The notes under the pieces are model-generated. The model saw only the letters and a list, made by a program, of their open reading frames with translations. It did not search any database and was not told where the DNA came from. Below are positions 7,498 through 14,033 of a stretch of 14,033 nucleotides of DNA, in pieces. Location of the stretch: assembly GCA_031372065.1 (NCBI GenBank), contig JANMKN010000119.1:1-14033 (forward strand), read 5' to 3'. This stretch comes from Abditibacteriaceae bacterium. GTDB taxonomy: Bacteria > Armatimonadota > Abditibacteriia > Abditibacteriales > Abditibacteriaceae. The position numbers were made by a program, and so were the translations under genes. The first letter of the stretch is position 1. Every line of letters starts with the position of its first letter.

Positions 7498-8076
7498 ATG
7501 CCCGATCCAATGCCGAACCCCGATATTAATGAATTATGGGCGGGACTGACGGCCAGTAACATTCGCCTTGATAAAGTCTGGGCGGGTGTGAAAGAGGTTC
7601 TCGCCGCTAAAATGCCCGGTATGGTGGCACGCTACAACACGGAAAACTCGCGCACTGGTTCTAACGCGCTGCCAAAGCCCACTGAATATTTCACCGGCGG
7701 GGTCAATTTAGATGATAAGGACAAATTGCAATTGCCGGTCGCTGTTGTCGGAAGCGAAAGCGAGTTTTTGCCGCTTGGCCCCGCTGCTCAGTCGTCGAAC
7801 AATACCACCTGTATTTGGATGGTTTACCGCGCCACGCTAACAGACGATCAGGTGCGGGATAGTTGCTTGCTCATCCATTTAGCTTTCGGTGTCATGTTGG
7901 GTTATCAGATGGGCTATCAAAATAGCATCGGGCAACGGCTCTGGACTTGCCTTTCGCCGGGAGCGGTGCGGGTCATTCCCAAAAGTGAAAAGTCACTTTA
8001 CGGCGGGTGGTATTTGAATTTGGATGTGGTGCAAGGCCCGGCGCCGAACGTCGCGAGTTTGTATAGCGGCGCTTAA
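7498..8076 (+). CDS. Putative tail terminator/tail completion protein (192 aa)
   Basis: Size and position between the gp10-like gene and the major tail gene; AAAGGAG at 7477-7483. Function from synteny only. Confidence 0.55.
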   Translation: MPDPMPNPDINELWAGLTASNIRLDKVWAGVKEVLAAKMPGMVARYNTENSRTGSNALPKPTEYFTGGVNLDDKDKLQLPVAVVGSESEFLPLGPAAQSSNNTTCIWMVYRATLTDDQVRDSCLLIHLAFGVMLGYQMGYQNSIGQRLWTCLSPGAVRVIPKSEKSLYGGWYLNLDVVQGPAPNVASLYSGA

Positions 8077-8080
8077 AACT

Positions 8081-8125
8081 GCACGCTTTAAAAGCCGCAC
8101 GCTTTAAAAGCCGCACGTTTTAAAA
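8081..8125. repeat. 16-bp tandem repeat GCACGCTTTAAAAGCC x~2.8
   Basis: Exact copies at 8081 and 8097; partial GCACGTTTTAAAA at 8113. Confidence 0.85.
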
Positions 8126-8132
8126 TTTCGCG

Positions 8133-8141
8133 TGTTAAAAT
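8133..8141 (+). promoter_or_regulatory. Candidate extended -10 (TGnTAAAAT) upstream of the major tail gene
   Basis: TGTTAAAAT; the same GTTAAAATAA occurs at 13802-13811 before element copy 4. Confidence 0.3.
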
Positions 8142-8196
8142 AAAACAGAGATTGAATATCGAGAGCCGCCTCAGAGATAGCGGCCCCATTTTTTTG

Positions 8197-8243
8197 CAGG
8201 CCCAGAGCCACATTTCCTTTTTGGAAATGTGGCTTTTGTTTTT
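8197..8243 (+). terminator. Conserved element, copy 3
   Basis: CAGGCCCAGAGCC at 8197-8209; stem AGCCACATTTCC (8206-8217)/GGAAATGTGGCT (8223-8234), extendable by G-U and A-U pairs; then TTTGTTTTT. Confidence 0.8.
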
Positions 8244-8270
8244 ACGTTATGGGCCAAAGGGGTTACAGCT

Positions 8271-9296
8271 ATGCCAGCAACAGTTGCAGAAGCAACATAT
8301 GGTGGATTGCTCGCGCGAGGCGGGCAAGTTGGCTTTGCCAAATTCGCTCTGGAAACAAACAACGGCACCGGCGGCGCGGGCATGATCACGCCGGGTGTGG
8401 AAACCTTGCCCGCCGCGCCCAGTTCACTGGCGAACATCGGTTACTGCGATGTTCCCACCTTCCAAATCGGGCAAAACGGCGGCGAAATTCGTGGTGTCGG
8501 TGCCTACCGCGCTCTCAAGCTCACCAAGGGTCGCCGTGATGTGACCGTGCGCCAGCAAATGCGCATCGGCAACTACGGCTTCTTGCGCTATGGTTTGCGC
8601 AGTGCCGGACTCGGCGGCACCAGCACATTTATGGGTTTGCCCGTTTTGTGTGTGGGTGGAGGTGCGCTCGACCAGTTCGGGGCCGGGTTCTCGTGGTTGG
8701 CGCGTTATGCGTTGATGCGTGAATTCAGCTTCACGTTCACCGACCAGCCCAATTCGCCGGTGACGGCCTCGGCAGAAATGTGGGCGATTGCGCTGGATCG
8801 CGTCGGAGCGGCTCAAGCCACAACGGGTCTGCCAGCAGCTTTAGTGACCGCTGGTGGCGAACAACTGATGTGGCAACACGCCCGCTGGTTGTTGGATGTC
8901 GGCGGTGACTTAACCGAATTCAAGAGCATTCTGAAATCGGTTACTGTCACCGTTACTAACGAACTGGAACGAGTGAACACCAACTTCGATTGGGGCGACG
9001 ATAACCCGCTTTCGCGAACGGCGATTCAAATCACGCCGCTGTCGGAAACGGTTAAAGTGACGTATCAGTTGCATGATATGCTGCCACCCGATTTCTTAGA
9101 TGCGGCGGCTAATTCCACCAACATGGGCGCTATCATTTTGGAAGCAACTGACGCTAAAGCCGGCGGAAGTAAAACCATGACTTGCACCATTGATAACAAC
9201 CTTATTAATGGTTTTTCGCTACAGGGCGTGGCGCCCAATGCAAAGATGGAATTCAGCATGGACACCATGTCCAGTTTCATCACGATTTCGGCGTAA
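8271..9296 (+). CDS. Putative major tail (tube) protein (341 aa from ATG 8271)
   Basis: AAAGGGG RBS at 8256-8262; beta-rich alternating patterns (REFSFTFT, VTASAEMW, KSVTVTVTNELE, VKVTYQL); follows the terminator-like gene; flanked by hairpins like the capsid gene. Confidence 0.7.
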   Translation: MPATVAEATYGGLLARGGQVGFAKFALETNNGTGGAGMITPGVETLPAAPSSLANIGYCDVPTFQIGQNGGEIRGVGAYRALKLTKGRRDVTVRQQMRIGNYGFLRYGLRSAGLGGTSTFMGLPVLCVGGGALDQFGAGFSWLARYALMREFSFTFTDQPNSPVTASAEMWAIALDRVGAAQATTGLPAALVTAGGEQLMWQHARWLLDVGGDLTEFKSILKSVTVTVTNELERVNTNFDWGDDNPLSRTAIQITPLSETVKVTYQLHDMLPPDFLDAAANSTNMGAIILEATDAKAGGSKTMTCTIDNNLINGFSLQGVAPNAKMEFSMDTMSSFITISA

Positions 9297-9300
9297 CAAA

Positions 9301-9331
9301 AATGGCTGCCCTGTTTTGCAGGGCAGCCATT
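9301..9331. terminator. 13-bp perfect hairpin after the tail gene; T-tract only on the minus strand
   Basis: AATGGCTGCCCTG (9301-9313), loop TTTTG, CAGGGCAGCCATT (9319-9331); preceded by AACAAA, so the minus strand reads GCCATTTTTGTT. Confidence 0.65.
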
Positions 9332-9369
9332 CCATGCCACTTGGTTCGATTAAGATGGCAAAACGCCAA

Positions 9370-9409
9370 CACCATTGATAACAACCTGATTAACAAGTTC
9401 TCAATGCAG
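9370..9409 (+). pseudogene. 40-nt diverged fragment homologous to the 3' part of the major tail gene (9185-9224)
   Basis: 31/40 nt identical, first 18 nt exact; translates TIDNNLINKFSMQ versus TIDNNLINGFSLQ. Confidence 0.75.
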
Positions 9410-9472
9410 TTTCAATTCCATATTTCAATTCCATTGTGGCTGTGCCTGTAAACAAAATCTTACCAAATTCCT

Positions 9473-10825
9473 ATGTCTTTCGATCCCAGTAACGACTATT
9501 CTGAATTTGATAACGTCGGCAGCGGTCTTAATGGAACGATTGAAGGCCTCATTAACATTGATGGCTCGGCGTCCGCGTTTCGTTATCGTAAAGTTCTACA
9601 AATCATCTTTTTAGGTTCCGTCTCCGATAATTTCTCGATAGTTGTTAGGGGAAATTGGACGGTTCGCATTCGCGAAAACTCCGAGCGCAATCCCGATGGC
9701 TCGTATAAAGGCGCCATTCTTTTTGAGCAGGAAGTGACGTGGGAAGCCGATATTATCGCTTTTAATTTCGGCGGTATTGACTTTGTGACGTGGGCGCCAC
9801 GCGGCCCCGCTGGATCTGGTGAACACAAAACCAGCATCGTGAATGGCGAAGCCTGCGCCGTTGTGACTGATGTAAACGCGGGCAACGATGCCGAATTGGC
9901 TGCTTATGGTGAAACAGGAGCATGGCGCTTTCTGGATAACAGCGCGGTTCGCCCGACATTTACGCCCGGTCAAAAATACGATGTCGAGCGTGGCTTTGTG
10001 CCGACAGAAAGTTTCAATCCCACGGGCGTGGCCTCCATCGGCGGCTTTGTCTTCTTTTGTGAGTGGCAAAGCGCTGATTATTTAGGCGATGCTCCTGAAG
10101 GCGCCATATTCGAAACAGTTTTCGATCATTGGCAAGTTGGCACCATCGACACAGAAGCGGGCTACACATTTTCCTACAAGGCAGGCGATGAATTATTCGA
10201 CGGATTGCGCGATGTGTGGACAGGACAGGGATGGTGGTTTCATAGGGCAGAGGGCGCCATGCGTTGCGCCCGCACGCGGCGCGATGAAAGTTTCGTAGCC
10301 AATGACGATGACCCGGCGGTTTTAAGTGGCGCTTTTGGCGCGTTTCGGGCCATTCAGCACGGACACAATCTTTTTGTAGTGCATCAGCAGGGCGCGGGCA
10401 TCGGCCTACGCTATTCGTTGGACGATGGCCGCAACTGGGAGGGGATTGACAATATGGTAACCGGTGTCACGCAAATTGACGCGATTCGTGATAGCAGCGG
10501 TGGCTCGTTATTGATTCTGGGCAAGGCAAAAACAGCTTTAACAGGGACGGAAGTGATAGGAACCGTTGCCGCTTCCGATTTGGTGCGCGTGCTACTGTGT
10601 TCTACCGAAGAGACCAATGAGACTGGCCTACCAAAACTGTGGAAAGTCAAGGAAATCTGCAAAATTAGCTCGGCTGATTCTACACCGTTGCCCGCGAAGC
10701 CCAAAGGCCGTTTAACCAGAATCGGCACGGGTTTGGAGTGGCTCATTCAGGATGGCTCCGACATCAAAGTGTGGCAGTCCCTCGACGGCGGCCTGACGTG
10801 GACGTTTATCCCATCAACAAACTAA
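9473..10825 (+). CDS. Putative virion/tail protein with Asp-box (BNR) motifs (450 aa)
   Basis: SLDDGRNW (10415-10438) and SLDGGLTW (10778-10801) fit S-x-D-x-G-x-T/N-W; beta-rich; no clear SD before the ATG. Confidence 0.6.
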   Translation: MSFDPSNDYSEFDNVGSGLNGTIEGLINIDGSASAFRYRKVLQIIFLGSVSDNFSIVVRGNWTVRIRENSERNPDGSYKGAILFEQEVTWEADIIAFNFGGIDFVTWAPRGPAGSGEHKTSIVNGEACAVVTDVNAGNDAELAAYGETGAWRFLDNSAVRPTFTPGQKYDVERGFVPTESFNPTGVASIGGFVFFCEWQSADYLGDAPEGAIFETVFDHWQVGTIDTEAGYTFSYKAGDELFDGLRDVWTGQGWWFHRAEGAMRCARTRRDESFVANDDDPAVLSGAFGAFRAIQHGHNLFVVHQQGAGIGLRYSLDDGRNWEGIDNMVTGVTQIDAIRDSSGGSLLILGKAKTALTGTEVIGTVAASDLVRVLLCSTEETNETGLPKLWKVKEICKISSADSTPLPAKPKGRLTRIGTGLEWLIQDGSDIKVWQSLDGGLTWTFIPSTN

Positions 10826-10841
10826 AGAGTGAAGGGCGATT

Positions 10842-13490
10842 ATGCCAAGTGTCAAAATTAAAGAACGCGCCGAATTCCAGATTCGGGCCTACACCGCCGA
10901 TTATATTCCCAGAGTGACCTCGCATCATTTTTCGATTGCGGACGTTTTTCAACAGTTACTTTTTCGCGATCAAGGCGAAAGCTCACGTTTTTCTCTGGAT
11001 GACACCGATATAGCCCAATCGTGGGGCCGTCAATCGGAATTTCGCTCTATCTCCAACGAAGCCCAATTCGTGTTTTTGGGAGACCGCGTTTATTTTGGCG
11101 CCGAAGCGATTCGGGCAGCGCATAACGCCAAAGCGGATAGCTCGGCTATTTCAGGGTTCTGGCCCCGCCCTTATGTGTTTTATCAAAACTGTGTGATGCA
11201 GCCGGCCTTGCCCAGAGAACCCAAAGGCAATGCCGAATTCTCCAAGTTGCGTTGGAAGTCAATCAGGGGCGTTTCGGTAGGTGGGCGCACGCGGTGGGAA
11301 ACCTACAAGCCGCTCCGTTGGCCGGACGCTACTTTTATCACCCACTCTGCCCAGACTCCCAACGCCATTGTCGAAGCGCAAACCATTGATCTACTGCCAG
11401 CGAATCAGCAATTCTTGACATCGCTTCTGTGGCGCGGCGTGGCACGCGGGCAAAAGGCGCCGCCCGCTTCGCGCGTGATCTTCGGGAGTGGCGCGCTTTC
11501 AGTCAAATTTCATTATCAGGCGCCAGCGACGGTTGAATATTGGCAGAACAACGATTGGCACAACTGGAAAACCCTTGAAGGCGCGCCGGTGCCAACGTTT
11601 GACAACGAAACGCAAACCGAACTTGCCATTTTGCGCATCGCGGGCCGTCTCGTCGTCGGCGTGGATAATCACTTTTTTGAATTGTTAGGTTCCACAGCGG
11701 CTCTGGGGACGGGAACTGATGCCAATGCGACATATGATCTGGTTGATGTGGGCTGGGCAAGGGGCCCCATTCGCGTGCGTCACTTCGGCGTGTCGGCGGA
11801 AGCAGGAATTTCCAAGTTGCTGCACCTCGCCAAACTTGATGAGGGTGAGGAACAGCCCATCGGCTCACCGCGCGGTTATAAACCGCTCGCGCCGGAAATT
11901 GAGCGCGATGTGAACCGGCCCGGCCTGACGCCGCGCATGGATGAGGAGGCAAACGCCACAGAAGGCACGCCGTATGGCTGGTTTAAAGAAGGCACAAAGG
12001 CCGAAATCAGCGCGGAAATTCAACCGAATAAAGTGCATTATAAGGTCAAATTACGCGCTTCGAAGGATGGCATTGTCGCACCATTCGTAGATAAAGTCGT
12101 CGCGCGCTATTTGGGCTTATTTACAGTAGATAATGCGCCATACATTGATATTTCTGAGGCTTGCACAACCGGACGCGAGACGACAGCGTTCCCGCCTCAT
12201 TCGCCGGGAGCGGAGTGGTCTATCAATGTCAATCGCGGCGTTTTGCTCCGTAAATTCGCCACGGCCATGCAGGAATACGTCCGCCAATTCAATCCTATTG
12301 AGATTTTAATGCGCTGGCGTTTTGAGGATGGCACCTACTCAGAGTGGGTCGGGCGATTGCATGGTTACATCAATATGATAGGGCTTTCGAACCCACGCGC
12401 TAATGACTGGCAAATGACGTTGCAATTGAAAGACTCAATCATGCGCCTGATGAAGCCACATAGCGTGATAGACCATCGTTATTATGCGCTGGATTATCTG
12501 CTCTTCCAATTGCGCGGAGCGCCGCTGTTTGGATGGCGGTGCGTTAAAGAGATTTTGGCAATTGAACTGGGAGAAGAGGAAGCGAATCGCTTAGTGGCGT
12601 ATTTCGCGCCGTATCATTACCCCTTGCTCTCGCCGCAAACTGATACGGTTGGTGCGTTTCAACATCCGCTCATGCAACCGCCGCGTGGTCGCGGTTTTTA
12701 TTTGAATCCGCCTTGGTGGGGCACGGCCTTGGAGTGGATTAACAATACATTTTGCAAAGCCGACTACGCCATGCTTTTTTACGGCTATCCAACCGGCACT
12801 TTAACTGGAAGTTCGCAGATAACTGGCGCCACGATTCCCATTACAGGCACGCAAAATTTGGCAACGCCTTGGCCGGTGCCGATTTACGGGCAGTATCCGT
12901 ATGTGATTGCCAACCGGCCAACATGGAAGATTCCTGATGCCAGCTACGCCGCTGGCGATGTGAATCTGGTCGCATTTTTAATGGAAGTGACCGGAATGCC
13001 GGAAGAACAAATTAACCGTGTGCTGGTGTCCAGCACTTTAGGGGGAGGCAGCGCCGATTTACCTGTGCCTTCGGTTCGCATTGCCGAGCGCGTTTTGCCT
13101 GATGACGATCCCAATGCGGCTATTTTTAGCTGGGCGCGCACGTTGGTGCATCAGGGGCCGCAATACTTTTATCCCGGCGCGGCTGAAATCCATGCGGATC
13201 AGGTGATTCGCTTATATCGCGGCAAGACGATTCGACGGTGGAAGTTTGATTGTCGCGGTGAGGAGCGTATGCAGTGGGGAGATCTTGCGACGCCAGTGAT
13301 GATGAACAGTGGCAGCAGCGGCAACTATTCGGATCCAACACTTTCGGATGTTCTAACGCCGGGACTTGGCATTCACGGCGAAAAGTTCCGCATTTGGCGT
13401 TTGGTGAATCAGTATAATTTTCATGGCAGCGGCGCCGAACAAATTAAAACGAGTGGCACTTGCCTGCCAGTATCAGCGTTGGGTTTTTGA
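10842..13490 (+). CDS. Putative tail-tip/baseplate hub protein (882 aa)
   Basis: GAAGGG RBS; C-terminal INRVLV...RGEERMQWGD...FRIWRLVNQYNF resembles the end of phage hub/Tal-type proteins; position in the tail module. Confidence 0.55.
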   Translation: MPSVKIKERAEFQIRAYTADYIPRVTSHHFSIADVFQQLLFRDQGESSRFSLDDTDIAQSWGRQSEFRSISNEAQFVFLGDRVYFGAEAIRAAHNAKADSSAISGFWPRPYVFYQNCVMQPALPREPKGNAEFSKLRWKSIRGVSVGGRTRWETYKPLRWPDATFITHSAQTPNAIVEAQTIDLLPANQQFLTSLLWRGVARGQKAPPASRVIFGSGALSVKFHYQAPATVEYWQNNDWHNWKTLEGAPVPTFDNETQTELAILRIAGRLVVGVDNHFFELLGSTAALGTGTDANATYDLVDVGWARGPIRVRHFGVSAEAGISKLLHLAKLDEGEEQPIGSPRGYKPLAPEIERDVNRPGLTPRMDEEANATEGTPYGWFKEGTKAEISAEIQPNKVHYKVKLRASKDGIVAPFVDKVVARYLGLFTVDNAPYIDISEACTTGRETTAFPPHSPGAEWSINVNRGVLLRKFATAMQEYVRQFNPIEILMRWRFEDGTYSEWVGRLHGYINMIGLSNPRANDWQMTLQLKDSIMRLMKPHSVIDHRYYALDYLLFQLRGAPLFGWRCVKEILAIELGEEEANRLVAYFAPYHYPLLSPQTDTVGAFQHPLMQPPRGRGFYLNPPWWGTALEWINNTFCKADYAMLFYGYPTGTLTGSSQITGATIPITGTQNLATPWPVPIYGQYPYVIANRPTWKIPDASYAAGDVNLVAFLMEVTGMPEEQINRVLVSSTLGGGSADLPVPSVRIAERVLPDDDPNAAIFSWARTLVHQGPQYFYPGAAEIHADQVIRLYRGKTIRRWKFDCRGEERMQWGDLATPVMMNSGSSGNYSDPTLSDVLTPGLGIHGEKFRIWRLVNQYNFHGSGAEQIKTSGTCLPVSALGF

Positions 13491-13527
13491 TCAGCGCTGG
13501 GTTTTTCAGAGAGGTTTTTAAACAAGC

Positions 13528-13764
13528 ATGGCAACTTACATTGACATCAGCCGGGATGAAAATGAAGCGCGTCGCTCAGAGGACACCGTAGAACGCGCTG
13601 TGAACACAATGCTGGATGAAGGCGCGGCGCGGGCAGCGATTCGTCAAGGTGGCTCCCCCTCTGTCCCGGCTCCAATGAAAAACGCCGAGGGTGAACCATT
13701 CTTTCTTTTTGGCGAGGCGCTGGTAGATGAGGATGGCAACGGGCGGGCGTTGGCACCGGGTTAA
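13528..13764 (+). CDS. Hypothetical phage protein (78 aa)
   Basis: ATG ORF co-oriented with the operon; GAGAGG upstream; protein-like composition. Confidence 0.65.
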   Translation: MATYIDISRDENEARRSEDTVERAVNTMLDEGAARAAIRQGGSPSVPAPMKNAEGEPFFLFGEALVDEDGNGRALAPG

Positions 13765-13826
13765 ACCCTATTGGGATAACCGCCATTCATTTCGCCATTG
13801 GGTTAAAATAATTTTCAATTCAATTT

Positions 13827-13885
13827 CAGGCCCAGAGCCGCCAATTGCGCGATGAAAAATCGCGCAATTGGCGGGTTTTTGTTTT
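13827..13885 (+). terminator. Conserved element, copy 4
   Basis: CAGGCCCAGAGCC at 13827-13839; 16-bp stem CCGCCAATTGCGCGAT (13838-13853)/ATCGCGCAATTGGCGG (13859-13874); then GTTTTTGTTTT; AAAGGA RBS at 13891-13896. Confidence 0.8.
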
Positions 13886-13904
13886 GGGCTAAAGGAAATT
13901 TCTC

Positions 13905-14033
13905 ATGAACGATCAAGGTAACATCCTAAACAGCGAAGCGAACACAAAGTATTACGGTGGCTCAGTGAGCAATGGTTCGGTGCCATCGCATCCAATTCCG
14001 CCTTCAGGCCCAGAATTCTTAGTGGCTCCGGTG
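13905..14033 (+). CDS. 5' part of a hypothetical protein truncated by the window end (MNDQGNILNSEANTKYYGGSV...)
   Basis: AAAGGA RBS, ATG at 13905, 43 open codons to the edge; not in the ORF track. Confidence 0.7.
   Translation, partial: MNDQGNILNSEANTKYYGGSVSNGSVPSHPIPPSGPEFLVAPV

Larger units (their letters stand above)
1..14033 (+). mobile_element. Phage/prophage head-neck-tail morphogenesis module (part of a larger element)
   Basis: Co-oriented, tightly packed genes in canonical order: scaffold, capsid, neck, tail, tail tip. No host genes or element ends in the window. Confidence 0.95.

Noticed and set aside
8229..8270. Track start (GTG 8229) for the major tail gene
   Set aside because: It lies inside the hairpin of element copy 3; ATG 8271 has a well-spaced AAAGGGG.
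9185..9409. Diversity-generating retroelement TR/VR pair
   Set aside because: Mismatches are not confined to adenines on either strand, the repeat is only 40 nt and no reverse transcriptase is present.
9200..9451. Programmed -1 frameshift extending the major tail protein
   Set aside because: The -1 frame is open to 9451, but I see no canonical X-XXY-YYZ slippery heptamer and the extension does not look like a domain.
22..13885. CRISPR array interpretation of the repeated element or tandem repeats
   Set aside because: Copies are kilobases apart or have no spacers; no cas genes.
14005..14014. CAGGCCCAGA as a fifth element copy
   Set aside because: Inside coding sequence (SGPE), lacks the following GCC, and the window ends before a stem could be judged.

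Overview
The whole window is a single-direction (+ strand) virion morphogenesis region of a tailed dsDNA phage or prophage; the host cannot be determined from the sequence. Gene order: acidic scaffold-like protein, SPO1/Twort/phage K (Herelleviridae)-type major capsid protein, a protein with a C-terminal helix-hairpin-helix, a DUF5659-like small protein, head-tail adaptor, small 2-TM membrane protein, Cys-rich head-closure protein, HK97-gp10-like neck protein, putative tail terminator, major tail protein, Asp-box protein, large tail-tip/hub-like protein and two hypothetical genes. No sheath, tail chaperone or tape-measure gene is recognisable. The most striking non-coding signal is a 4-copy element, CAGGCC(C/A)AGAGCC + covarying 12-17 bp stem + TTGTTTT, placed just upstream of the ribosome-binding sites of four genes, which suggests a dedicated termination/antitermination or RNA-processing switch. 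Other notable signals: a twice-repeated palindrome GTGAACCATGGTTCAC (contains GAAC-N4-GTTC), a 40-nt synonymous-diverged copy of the tail gene just after that gene, repeated L-x-K-S/A motifs in the scaffold that look like maturation-protease sites, and many short tandem duplications. Protein family calls come from recalled motif similarity and synteny, not from database searches.
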